Below are positions 30,528 through 40,100 of a DNA stretch of 64,000 nucleotides, piece after piece. A model generated the notes under the pieces. The model did no database searches. It saw nothing but the letters and a program-made list of their open reading frames with translations, and had not been told where the DNA came from. How positions within the stretch are numbered: the stretch's first letter is position 1; every line of letters starts with the position of its first letter. The stretch comes from Methanoregula sp. (GTDB lineage Archaea > Halobacteriota > Methanomicrobia > Methanomicrobiales > Methanospirillaceae). The DNA is taken from positions 32,001 through 96,000 of the forward strand of contig JBDKTL010000027.1 in assembly GCA_039698055.1 (NCBI GenBank), written 5' to 3'. The position numbers were made by a program, and so were the translations under genes.

Positions 30528-31749
30528 CCGTCTTATCCTGGTTCTCCTGTTTTTTGTCCTCTGTCCGGGGGCAATGGCGGCCCGGGATGCCGGGGATCCG
30601 GGATCTCCGGTGACGGTTCCCGATCCGGCACTTCCCTTCGCGGTGCACTCTTTTATCCCCGGCACAAATTCAATTCATTCGATCCAAATCATGGATCTGA
30701 TATCGGCAGAAAACGGGGATGTGCTGATCGCCACTGCGAGCGGGATTTCAACCTATAATGGCAGATGGACGACCCGGGCATTCAAAACGGATAATTATTC
30801 GCAGGGACTTTATGACAACTATGTCGTTGCACTTGAATATGACCATGACGGAAATCTCTGGATTGGGTACGCAAACGGCCTCCAGATCTTTGACGGACAG
30901 GAATACCGCCTTCTCCGCGATCAGCAGCTGTTAAAGGATTTGCGCATCATCGATCTCCAGCGCTGGAACAACGATATGTGGGTACTAACCGGGAATGCAG
31001 GAATACACCAGTACCATGAAAGAAACTGGACATGGTATAAGCCAAATTCCCCGGGCGGACCCGGGTTTTTTACCGGCAGAAGGATGGCAATTGACAGTGC
31101 GGACAATTCGATGCTGGTTGCAACACAGGGTGAAGGTTTATGGCGGGTAAGGCAGATCCATGATGCGATTAGCTTTGTACAACTTCAGGGAAAAGACGAT
31201 ACCTACGGGGACCTGGACGATGTACGCAGGGATCCGGTGGGAGGTGCGTATTTTTTTAACACCAAAAAAGTTGTCCATTATGATCCGGTAAAAGGCTTCA
31301 GCCCGGTATTTCCTTTAAACGAGGGTACAGTCCAGCCAATAATCAATGATATCGCTGCCGGTCCTGACGGGACACTGTATATCGCAACAAATGACGGGAT
31401 CTGGGTTTTGGAAGACCAAAAAGCCGTTACCCATGTTGGCAGGTTTGAAGGTATTGGCACATCCCCGATAATAAAAACAATCAATGCCGATGCGCATAAC
31501 CGCATCTGGTTTTCAACAACTGATGACGTTGGCTTTTTTACTGTGGATTCCGGTATACGGGACCAGATCCCGATCGATATGGCACCAACGGAGCTGACAG
31601 AAACACCCGGGCCCCGGGCAATACCAACCCTCCTCCAGGATGCACCAGGCTACCCGGGAACTTCACCTTCAAAACAACCGTTATCATTTATCGATACAAT
31701 CCTTGAATCAGTGTCAGACTTTATTAAAACGGCAAATCCGTTCCGGTAA
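30505..31749 (+). CDS. Secreted beta-propeller protein (two-component regulator propeller-like)
   Basis: Signal peptide; repeats VVALEYDHDGNLWIGYANGL and INDIAAGPDGTLYIATNDGI. Confidence 0.75.
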   Translation: MASQQRFDRLILVLLFFVLCPGAMAARDAGDPGSPVTVPDPALPFAVHSFIPGTNSIHSIQIMDLISAENGDVLIATASGISTYNGRWTTRAFKTDNYSQGLYDNYVVALEYDHDGNLWIGYANGLQIFDGQEYRLLRDQQLLKDLRIIDLQRWNNDMWVLTGNAGIHQYHERNWTWYKPNSPGGPGFFTGRRMAIDSADNSMLVATQGEGLWRVRQIHDAISFVQLQGKDDTYGDLDDVRRDPVGGAYFFNTKKVVHYDPVKGFSPVFPLNEGTVQPIINDIAAGPDGTLYIATNDGIWVLEDQKAVTHVGRFEGIGTSPIIKTINADAHNRIWFSTTDDVGFFTVDSGIRDQIPIDMAPTELTETPGPRAIPTLLQDAPGYPGTSPSKQPLSFIDTILESVSDFIKTANPFR

Positions 31750-31762
31750 CGGCATACGTCGC

Positions 31763-32971
31763 TTAACACGGCTTGCAGTTCTTTTTTGCTTCCAGTTTCT
31801 CAAGGCTATACTGGTCGACAGAATCAAACAATATCTTTTTTGCCTGTTTTACCCGGGTTTCATCACCGGAAGAAAAATCCCGGGCAAGATAGCGCAGCGT
31901 TGTCGCATAATACTGGAGACGGGGGTAATCTTTTTCAAATTCCACCAGCAGGTTTGATGCATCCCGCAGTTCGCTGGTCATAAGGGCAAAGGCAAAATCA
32001 AAAAGCGCGATTGAATCCGAAGACATTCCCCTGGTGACCGCCAGTCTCCGGAAATTATGATAGGTGCTTTTTTTCGATGTCAGTAACGATAGCCGGAGCC
32101 CGAAAAAGATGGGTTCGATGTCGTTTGGGTACTGCGTGATCAGCTGGTTTACGACACCCGCAGCGCCCCCGGCATCGCGGTTCTCGATCTTGAAATAATA
32201 CATCTCGCGCAAAAAGTCGATATCCGTATAGAACCGTTCGGTTCCGATCTGGATCAGTTCTTTGCGGATGTCGGTGTTTTTTGTTATCACCGCATTTTTC
32301 AGGCCGATCTGGATGAACCATTTCTCGTTAGGGAACCATTGCAGGCTCAGGCGTATCATCTGCCAGAAAATCGTATGTAAAAAAGTGGGATCTTCGATCT
32401 GCACCTGGCTGAGCCGGAACACCGGTGGTTTGACCCGTGCGAGGTCAAGCAGTTTCTCCCGTGCCAGGAGTTCCAGCTCGTTTGGCCGGTGAATTTTGGT
32501 CATTTCATCCAGTGCATTGACTTCACGAAGCGACAGCCTGTAATAGCAGTGCGCCACCGCGGTGCCAAGGAGCGTGTCAAGATGCCAGTAATTTTTCAGA
32601 TACTCCAGTGCATGCGCATGGTCCCCGTTCTTGAGCAGTTTTAATCCAACGACAATGTGGATGCCCATTTCAGAATCTTTTTTCTTCTTCTGGCGCAGTG
32701 CATTCTGCATCACTTTTTTTACATACTCAAAATCTGCACTGTTCGGACTGGCATCCAGGACCTTAAACGTGATATCGTCAAGAAACGCATCGAATGCATC
32801 GGCGGAAATTTTCGGAAAAGAATTCTCCAGTGCCGAGATTACGTAACCGTAAAACACCGGGAGGTTCACATCTATTTTTTCGGTATTGCGTTCGATATAT
32901 CCAAAGAAATCTTTTCTCAACAGGTTGAGCTTATCGTAGATGATGGCTTCGGATAACGTCTCGTCCTGCAT
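31763..32971 (-). CDS. Hypothetical alpha-helical (TPR-like) protein
   Basis: Long ORF downstream of ABCE1 with helical-repeat character; no catalytic motif recognised. Confidence 0.7.
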   Translation of the reverse strand: MQDETLSEAIIYDKLNLLRKDFFGYIERNTEKIDVNLPVFYGYVISALENSFPKISADAFDAFLDDITFKVLDASPNSADFEYVKKVMQNALRQKKKKDSEMGIHIVVGLKLLKNGDHAHALEYLKNYWHLDTLLGTAVAHCYYRLSLREVNALDEMTKIHRPNELELLAREKLLDLARVKPPVFRLSQVQIEDPTFLHTIFWQMIRLSLQWFPNEKWFIQIGLKNAVITKNTDIRKELIQIGTERFYTDIDFLREMYYFKIENRDAGGAAGVVNQLITQYPNDIEPIFFGLRLSLLTSKKSTYHNFRRLAVTRGMSSDSIALFDFAFALMTSELRDASNLLVEFEKDYPRLQYYATTLRYLARDFSSGDETRVKQAKKILFDSVDQYSLEKLEAKKNCKPC

Positions 32972-33018
32972 ATAAAGTGAATTGATTTTGCAGATATTTA
33001 AGAGTTTGAATCTTTTTT

Positions 33019-34791
33019 TCACTCATCGTCTGCGGTATAGTAATAGAATTCGCCCCTGGCTTTCTGCTCCCGGTCAAGGAACGAATCGGGTTTGTTGATC
33101 CGGGGCCGGCCGGTCTGGTCCCTCCGGAACGTGACGTCGAGTTCTTTTAAGAACCGGTTCATCCCCTCCCGCATGGGAAACGGCCCGGCAGCGGTTCCGG
33201 AAACGCCCGGTTCTCCTTCAAAGACGAGGATCCGCTCGCTGATCATATCGATGAGATAGATGTCGTGGTCGATGACAAGGATTCCCTCTTCTTTTCCTTC
33301 CGCATGGTGCCTGATCATCCGGGTCACTTTTACCCGCTGTTCGACATCGAGGTGGGCGCTTGGTTCGTCAAGGATGTACAAGTCTGCATCCCTTGAAAGG
33401 CATGCGGCAATACTGACCCGCTGGAGTTCTCCCCCGCTCAGCGTATCCACCGGGGACTGGAGGATGGGTTCAAGGGATAAGGATTCGATGATCTCGTGCT
33501 GGTAATAGGAAGTATCAAATTTGGTCGTGCACTGGCGCAGGTACATTTCCACGGAATCGGACGTCTCTGCTTTGATATACTGGGGTTTATAGGAGATCCG
33601 CAGCTTGAGGTCCATGGTTCCCGTATCAGGTTTTTCTTCCCCGGCAAGGAGCTTGGCAAAGGTACTCTTTCCCATGCCGTTTGCACCCACAACGCCCAGC
33701 ACTTCCCCCGCTTTAATCGTGCCCCCGGATACCGTGAGACCAAACGTCTCGTACTGGCGGGTCATTGCAGGAATCTCAACGAGATCTTCACGTTTGGATC
33801 CTTTCAGGTGGGCCCGTTTCTCAAACACGACTGCCGTGTCACGGAACCGGACGTTCTCTTCTGCAAGATACCCTTCAAGGTACTGGTTGATGCCCACCCG
33901 CACACCTTTGGGCCGGGTGATAATACCAAAGACGGCGGGTTTGCCGTACCCGACATGAACCGTGTCGGCAAGCATGTCAAGGATGGCAAGATCGTGCTCG
34001 ACAATGACCACCGGGCGCTGCGCCGCAAGTTCGCGGATCAGTTTTGCCGCAGAAATACGCTGGTAGATGTCGAGGAACGGCGTGATCTCATCGAGGAAAT
34101 AGAGATCGGCATTCCGGGCAAGGCATGCCGCGATTGCCACCCGCTGGAGTTCCCCCCCGCTCAGCGTACTGATATGGTGATCGAGGATCGCATCGAGTTT
34201 GAGCGCCGCCGTGATCTCGGCAAGTTTGCTGCGCTCATCGGTTGTTTTCAGCAGGGCATCGACCGTCCCGGTAAACACTTTCGGGATAAAATCGATATAC
34301 TGGGGTTTTATTGCAATTTTCAGGCTCTTTTTTGAGACGGTCTGGAGATAATCAAAGAGTTCGGTGCCGGCATACTGTTTCAGGATCTCGTCCCATGCAA
34401 CTTCGTTGTCGAAGTTCCCGAGATTCGGGTGGAGTTGCCCGGACAGGATTTTTACCGCGGTGCTTTTCCCGATACCGTTGGCACCGAGAATACCGGTGAC
34501 TTTTCCTGGCGAGGGGATCGGCAGTCCATAAAGCGCAAAACCATTTTTGCCGTACCGGTGGGTAGGGTGCTCGAGCTCTTCAGGAAGGCTCACAATGTCT
34601 ATCGCGTCAAACGGGCATTTTTTGATGCAGATCCCGCAGCCGACACAGAGCTCTTCAGATATCACCGCCCTGCCGTCTTCACCGATAATGACCGTCTCGT
34701 CACCGGTCCTGACCCGGGGGCAGTAGATGATGCATTCGGTGCCGCACTTTTTTGCGTGACACCGGTCTTTGTGCACAATAGCAATTCTCAT
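33019..34791 (-). CDS. rli: Ribosome recycling ATPase ABCE1/RLI
   Basis: N-terminal Fe-S Cys motifs (CVGCGICIKKCP); two ABC domains (GANGIGKS, GANGMGKS, LSGGELQR). Confidence 0.97.
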   Translation of the reverse strand: MRIAIVHKDRCHAKKCGTECIIYCPRVRTGDETVIIGEDGRAVISEELCVGCGICIKKCPFDAIDIVSLPEELEHPTHRYGKNGFALYGLPIPSPGKVTGILGANGIGKSTAVKILSGQLHPNLGNFDNEVAWDEILKQYAGTELFDYLQTVSKKSLKIAIKPQYIDFIPKVFTGTVDALLKTTDERSKLAEITAALKLDAILDHHISTLSGGELQRVAIAACLARNADLYFLDEITPFLDIYQRISAAKLIRELAAQRPVVIVEHDLAILDMLADTVHVGYGKPAVFGIITRPKGVRVGINQYLEGYLAEENVRFRDTAVVFEKRAHLKGSKREDLVEIPAMTRQYETFGLTVSGGTIKAGEVLGVVGANGMGKSTFAKLLAGEEKPDTGTMDLKLRISYKPQYIKAETSDSVEMYLRQCTTKFDTSYYQHEIIESLSLEPILQSPVDTLSGGELQRVSIAACLSRDADLYILDEPSAHLDVEQRVKVTRMIRHHAEGKEEGILVIDHDIYLIDMISERILVFEGEPGVSGTAAGPFPMREGMNRFLKELDVTFRRDQTGRPRINKPDSFLDREQKARGEFYYYTADDE

Positions 34792-34815
34792 GGGGATCAG
34801 AAAAACCTTAAAAAA

Positions 34816-35169
34816 TTATGCCGGCAGGGCGGTCAGCAGGATGGTCCATGTCATAAACCAGAACGCAAAGGTCATGAATCCCTGGTAAAACCAGTCTTTG
34901 GCACCAAGTGTCGTGTTGGTAAAATGAAGGAGCATAAAGATATGTTTCTGGACAACGACTCCCGCAAGCATCAGCATAAACGCCAGGAGCCCGATGTCCT
35001 TTCCCGAGATGCCGCTCAGGTAAAACGACAGGATCCCCGCAGCAATACCAATAAGGCAGGCAGTGAGAGTCCGTTTGATCCGGTCAATATGTTCGACCTG
35101 TTTTTCCTGTTTTGATTTTTGCTTTTTCGTCAGCACCGGCGGCTGCTCTTCGTGAATTTCTTCGGTCAT
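34816..35169 (-). CDS. EMC6-like small membrane protein
   Basis: Three TMs; KDWFYQGFMTFAFWFMTWTILL; upstream of ABCE1. Confidence 0.8.
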   Translation of the reverse strand: MTEEIHEEQPPVLTKKQKSKQEKQVEHIDRIKRTLTACLIGIAAGILSFYLSGISGKDIGLLAFMLMLAGVVVQKHIFMLLHFTNTTLGAKDWFYQGFMTFAFWFMTWTILLTALPA

Positions 35170-35229
35170 CCCGGTACACCAGTAGTCTTATTTTTTAGTG
35201 CGCAAGCCATATGTAATTTGGTACACCCC

Positions 35230-37113
35230 ATGGCAACCGAACAGGGTATGAGCGGCATCGACACAAAGGCGATCACCCAGGAACTCTGCGAGAAGCTGCC
35301 GCTCTGGATCGACAAGGTCTACCAGTTCGACAGCCGCACGCTCGGTATCCGGCTCAATGGCGACGAGCATGCAAAATACCTGTTCCTCATCGAATCCGGC
35401 CGCCGGGCACATATCGTCGAGACTTTCCCGGCAGCACCCAAGAACCCGCCCCAGTATGCCATGTTCCTGCGGAAATATCTCTCCGGCGGCAAAGTGCTAG
35501 CGATCCGGCAGCATGGTCTTGAGCGGATTCTCATTTTTGATATCGGCAAAGGCCAGCTCGTCTACCGGCTCATCATCGAGCTCTTTGATGAGGGCAACAT
35601 GATCCTGACGGATGAATCCTACAAGATTATCAAACCGCTCCGTCACCACCGGTTCAAGGACCGGGATATTATCCCGAATGCAATCTACACGATGGGCGAA
35701 ACCGATCCAACCGGTTCTCTTGAATCTCTTGCCGGCACCTTAAAAAACGATGACCGTGACCTCGTGCGGGCCCTTGCAATCGCCGGGATGCTCGGCGGGA
35801 CGTACGCAGAATATGTCTGCACATCGGCCGGTGTCGACAAGGCGATTCCCGCGTCATCTGCCGATCCGGCACCGGTTTTTGCCGCCATCCAGCGATTGTT
35901 TGACAAGGTCCTGCATGCACAAAACCCGGTCGTTTCTGCAAAAAGCTGTGAGCCGGTTGCCCTGTCAGACACGGCAGAAAAAAGTGGTTTTGGGAGTTTT
36001 TCAAAAGCCCTTGAAACATTTTTCCCGATAACAAAAGCCGAGAAAAAAAAGGCGGCGGTGCCAAAAATATCGGGCGCTGAAAAGATCCGCAAATACCAGC
36101 AGGACGCGATAAAAAAATTTGATAACCGGGTGGCAAAGACCCAGGAGATCGTAGCGCTTATCTATGAAAATTATTCGCTCATATCGGAGGTCATTGCCAC
36201 CTTTGATGCCGCGAGCCGGAAACATTCGTGGCAGGAGATCGAGGCCATCCTTGCGGCACACCCCTCTACCCTGACAAAAAAAATCGTGGCTGTCCACCCG
36301 GATGAAGCATCGGTGGAACTTGACCTTGGACAAAAAGTGAAAATCTTTGTCCACGAGAACGTCGAGCAGAATGCCCAGCGCTATTACGCAATCATCAAAA
36401 AATACAAGCACAAAAAAGAGGGGGCTCTTATCGCGATGGCAAAACCCCTGCCGAAAAAGAAGGCAGTGCGGCATGATATTGTTGTGATGAAAAAACTGTG
36501 GTACCACCGGTTCCGCTGGTTTGTCACGAGCGACGGGGTTGTTGTCCTTGGCGGCAGGGATGCCTCGCAGAACGAGGAACTGGTCAAAAAATACATGGCC
36601 GGCGGCGATCTGTTCGTCCACGCGGATGTGCATGGCGCAAGTGTCGTCATCGTCAAGGGAAAGACGGAGCGGATGGATGAAGTAGCCCAGTTTGCCGCGT
36701 CCTATTCCGGTGCATGGCGCAGCGGGCATTTTTCCGCCGACGTATATAGTGCCTTGCCAAACCAGGTCAGTAAAACGCCCCAGTCAGGAGAGTTTGTCTC
36801 ACGCGGTTCCTTTATTGTCAGGGGAGAACGCACCTATTACCGGAATGTACCGGTCGCCGTTGGTATTGCACTGGTCATAGAACCGGCGGCGGCACTTATC
36901 GGGGGACCACCCTCTGCCATAAAGGGACGCGGGAAGGTTTACGTGGAACTCAGGCCCGGCCAGTTTGAGCCAAACGATGTCGCCAAAAAAGTGCTGCGCA
37001 TCATACGGGATCGCATTACCGATGACGAGGAGAAAGCACTCAAAGGTGTCCTGAACACGGAAAAGGTTGCGGCATTTGTTCCGCCCGGGGGATCGGATAT
37101 TTTAGAGGTGTGA
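35230..37113 (+). CDS. rqcH: Ribosome quality control protein RqcH/Rqc2 (NFACT family)
   Basis: MSGID, LIIELFDEGN, WYHRFRWF, GGRDASQNE, HADVHGA, SKTPQSGEF. Confidence 0.94.
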   Translation: MATEQGMSGIDTKAITQELCEKLPLWIDKVYQFDSRTLGIRLNGDEHAKYLFLIESGRRAHIVETFPAAPKNPPQYAMFLRKYLSGGKVLAIRQHGLERILIFDIGKGQLVYRLIIELFDEGNMILTDESYKIIKPLRHHRFKDRDIIPNAIYTMGETDPTGSLESLAGTLKNDDRDLVRALAIAGMLGGTYAEYVCTSAGVDKAIPASSADPAPVFAAIQRLFDKVLHAQNPVVSAKSCEPVALSDTAEKSGFGSFSKALETFFPITKAEKKKAAVPKISGAEKIRKYQQDAIKKFDNRVAKTQEIVALIYENYSLISEVIATFDAASRKHSWQEIEAILAAHPSTLTKKIVAVHPDEASVELDLGQKVKIFVHENVEQNAQRYYAIIKKYKHKKEGALIAMAKPLPKKKAVRHDIVVMKKLWYHRFRWFVTSDGVVVLGGRDASQNEELVKKYMAGGDLFVHADVHGASVVIVKGKTERMDEVAQFAASYSGAWRSGHFSADVYSALPNQVSKTPQSGEFVSRGSFIVRGERTYYRNVPVAVGIALVIEPAAALIGGPPSAIKGRGKVYVELRPGQFEPNDVAKKVLRIIRDRITDDEEKALKGVLNTEKVAAFVPPGGSDILEV

Positions 37114-37114
37114 C

Positions 37115-38143
37115 ATGAAAGCCGAGTACGGTGACCTCAAAAATAATGCCGGCGAGATCCGGCTCCTCCCGGAGAGCATCGACGATCTCTGGCATTTGCA
37201 GCACCTTGTCGCACCCGGAGACCTTGTTTTTGCAACAACGTTTCGGAGCGTCGATACCGCAACCGATAAGATCCGGCCCGAAAAAGTGGAAAAGCGCCCG
37301 GTCCGGCTGGGGATCCGGGCAGAACGGCTGGAGTTTTCCGAGCACGGGGTCAGGCTCCGCATCAGTGGTGTGATCGAAAATGGGATGGACTGCGGCGATT
37401 ATCACACGTTGAATGTGGAGACCGGGTACGAGATCTCGGTCATCAAACAGTGGCGCCCGGTCGATCTCGAACGGATTGAGCGTGCGGTAAAATCGTCCGT
37501 GTACGGGGTCATCCATATCCTTACCCTTGAAGAGGGCGAGGCAGAACTGTTCCGGCTCCGCCAGTACGGCCCCGAGAGCGTCATTGCCATCACCACGGGG
37601 AGCGGGAAAGGCGGCGAGAGCAACAACCGGACCGCTTTTTTCGATCAGGTCATGGGATACATCGCCGAGATTTCCGGGCCGCTGATCATAGCCGGCCCGG
37701 GTTTTATCAAGGACGATTTTGTCAGGTACGCAAAAAACCATAATTGCACCCCTGCAGAACGGGCGATTGTGGTGGAAACCCGCCGGATCGGGCGTGGGGC
37801 GGTGCAGGACGTGATTGGTGCCGGTGCGCTGGAAAAACTGATTGACGATCTCCAGCTCTCCCGGGAAGTAAAACTCATGAATGAAGTTCTGCTGCGGATC
37901 TCACAGGACGGTGCAGTGGCGTACGGAAAAAGCGAAGTGCAGAATGCGATTGAGATGGGCGCTGTACAGGAAATACTTCTTACCGATGCCCTGTTGCGGG
38001 ATTCTGCAATTATGCACATGGTGGAAAAAGCAGAACAGATGCAGGCTAAAATTGTGGTGCTTTCGACACAATTTGAACCCGGTGAACGGCTGGATGCACT
38101 GGGTGGGATTGCGGCGCTGCTCCGGTATAAGATGGTGAAATAA
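37115..38143 (+). CDS. pelA: Pelota (ribosome rescue factor)
   Basis: PESIDDLWHL, YHTLN, AGPGFIK, LGGIAALLRY. Confidence 0.96.
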   Translation: MKAEYGDLKNNAGEIRLLPESIDDLWHLQHLVAPGDLVFATTFRSVDTATDKIRPEKVEKRPVRLGIRAERLEFSEHGVRLRISGVIENGMDCGDYHTLNVETGYEISVIKQWRPVDLERIERAVKSSVYGVIHILTLEEGEAELFRLRQYGPESVIAITTGSGKGGESNNRTAFFDQVMGYIAEISGPLIIAGPGFIKDDFVRYAKNHNCTPAERAIVVETRRIGRGAVQDVIGAGALEKLIDDLQLSREVKLMNEVLLRISQDGAVAYGKSEVQNAIEMGAVQEILLTDALLRDSAIMHMVEKAEQMQAKIVVLSTQFEPGERLDALGGIAALLRYKMVK

Positions 38144-38206
38144 AAGGTACCGTATTACATGGATTAACGTTTTTTAAAAAGAAAAAAAAATTGATCGAAA
38201 AAAAAT

Positions 38207-38887
38207 TTATTCTTCTGCTTTGATTTCCGGTTTCTTGTAGGACTCAACAAGGACAATCTCGGAAATCCCCTTGATCTGCTCGAATGCCTCGTGGAGGATT
38301 CTTCCCCGCCACAGGAGCCACCGTCGGTCGTAGTTGATGCCGGATGGGAGTGTGACCGTTACCTTGCCATCGTCAAGACTCATCTCCATTGCTTTTCCCG
38401 CATAGAGCTGGACAAGTCCCTTGAGCTGCTCGACCGGGTCCGTGACGGCTTCTTCAATCTTGTAATGGTAGACAAGGGTCTGGCCTGCAAGGGGTGCATT
38501 AAAATCGACGATGACCTTTGAACCGATGACATCGACAACCGTGCCTTCGCCCATCTCCTCAAGGTTCACCCGCATGCCGCGAGCCGGTTTGTCCTTGAAC
38601 TTGTTCTTCGGGTAGGACTGGATACGCTTGGGGTCGCGCTCGCCAAACGCTTTCTCGGGTGCAATCGTAACATCCGTTTCAGTACCGACTTTCTTGCCGA
38701 CAAGATCTTCATCAAGACCCAGCACGACATGCTTCTGGCCGACACAGATCGTGACCGGGCCATAGATTGCATTCGGGCTGTGGATACCGGCGCTCTTTGC
38801 CTCGTCCTCACTGGTGGTATCAAAGACGATGCCATCTGCACTGCCGGTATAACTGATTTTAACAAAATCTCCTTCGTTAATTGCCAT
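38207..38887 (-). CDS. Long-type archaeal FKBP peptidyl-prolyl isomerase
   Basis: VFDTT, PEKAFGER, VDFNAPLAG. Confidence 0.92.
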   Translation of the reverse strand: MAINEGDFVKISYTGSADGIVFDTTSEDEAKSAGIHSPNAIYGPVTICVGQKHVVLGLDEDLVGKKVGTETDVTIAPEKAFGERDPKRIQSYPKNKFKDKPARGMRVNLEEMGEGTVVDVIGSKVIVDFNAPLAGQTLVYHYKIEEAVTDPVEQLKGLVQLYAGKAMEMSLDDGKVTVTLPSGINYDRRWLLWRGRILHEAFEQIKGISEIVLVESYKKPEIKAEE

Positions 38888-38941
38888 ACTTCACCTGACT
38901 ATATTAAATCGCAACAGGAACAGATAAAAGTGTGGCACACT

Positions 38942-39484
38942 ATGCTTGAAATTGAATTAAAAGCACGGGTGGATTCGCTCGATCCCGTACGCCGTGAGTT
39001 AATCAAGCGGGAAGCAATATCGCGTGGAAGGCAGCACGAGCACGATATTTACTACAACGCTCCCCACCGGGATTTTGGAAAAACGGATGAAGCGCTCAGG
39101 GTACGCTATACCAACGACCATGCCGTCGTTACGTACAAGGGCGCAAAACTCAGGCAGTATGGCCTCAAAGCCCGCGAGGAACTCAACTTTGCGGTTGAAT
39201 CCGGAGAACTCTTCGAGCAGATGCTCGACCGGCTGGGTTTTTTGAAAACCGCTGAAGTCAACAAGTGGCGGGAAAATTTCCAGCTCAAAGAAGCCGCCGT
39301 CTCGCTCGACATGGTCGATGAACTGGGCACCTTTGTTGAAATCGAGATCATGACAAAAGCCGATAATGCCACAGCCACCGATCAGATCCAGAAAATTGCA
39401 AAAGAGATTGGTGTAAAAGGCGAGCCGATCCTCGCCTCCTATCTTGAACTTTTACTCTCTAAACGGTCAGAAGTTCAACCTTGA
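38942..39484 (+). CDS. cyaB: CYTH-domain protein (class IV adenylate cyclase family)
   Basis: EIELK, DIYY, ALRVR, TYKG, FVEIE. Confidence 0.9.
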   Translation: MLEIELKARVDSLDPVRRELIKREAISRGRQHEHDIYYNAPHRDFGKTDEALRVRYTNDHAVVTYKGAKLRQYGLKAREELNFAVESGELFEQMLDRLGFLKTAEVNKWRENFQLKEAAVSLDMVDELGTFVEIEIMTKADNATATDQIQKIAKEIGVKGEPILASYLELLLSKRSEVQP

Positions 39485-40100
39485 TATCCCGTGCCTCTGT
39501 CCCGAAGTGGAGCATTGCACAGTAGCCGTCCATCGCGGCACCGGGGTTTACTATTTTTACACCGTCAACATCCATCACGCCACGCTGCTCGTGAATGTGA
39601 GCGCAGCAGACCAGATCAAACTCTTTCATGTGGCGGCGGATGCTCTGGCTGCCTACATGCTCGCCTTTGATCAGGTCGAGTGTCTCGAATGGCGGAGCGT
39701 GCGTGAGAAGGACGTTATGAACGGTTTTTTCCATCTTTGATATCGCACCGTGCAGCAGGTCATCGATCTGCTTGTCGGTCAGCTCAAACGGGGTTCCAAA
39801 CGGTGTGGGATTCGATCCGCCAACGCCGACAATAGTCATTTTCCCCAGGTTGATCTGGTTCCCATGAAGGCATACGGTGTCCGAATGTTCAATCGTATCG
39901 ATGATCTCACGAGGGTCACAGTTTCCGGGCACTGCAAAGCAGGGGACGTCGATGCGTGAAAGCACCTCATCAACGGAATCCACGGGACCCATATTGGTGA
40001 TATCGCCAGCAATAAATACCGCTTCCGGACTCAAATCCAGAAATGAATCAATTTTACCGAATTGACCATGGAGATCTGCTATCAAAAGCACATCTTTCAT
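39459..40100 (-). CDS. Calcineurin-like metallophosphoesterase
   Basis: DLHG, AGDIT, PGNCD, THAPP, HIHE. Confidence 0.9.
   Translation of the reverse strand: MKDVLLIADLHGQFGKIDSFLDLSPEAVFIAGDITNMGPVDSVDEVLSRIDVPCFAVPGNCDPREIIDTIEHSDTVCLHGNQINLGKMTIVGVGGSNPTPFGTPFELTDKQIDDLLHGAISKMEKTVHNVLLTHAPPFETLDLIKGEHVGSQSIRRHMKEFDLVCCAHIHEQRGVMDVDGVKIVNPGAAMDGYCAMLHFGTEARDIKVELLTV

Noticed and set aside
38942-40100. CYTH plus phosphoesterase as a cAMP synthesis/degradation pair
   Set aside because: The genes are convergent, archaeal CYTH proteins are commonly triphosphatases, and nothing in the sequence indicates cyclic-nucleotide specificity.
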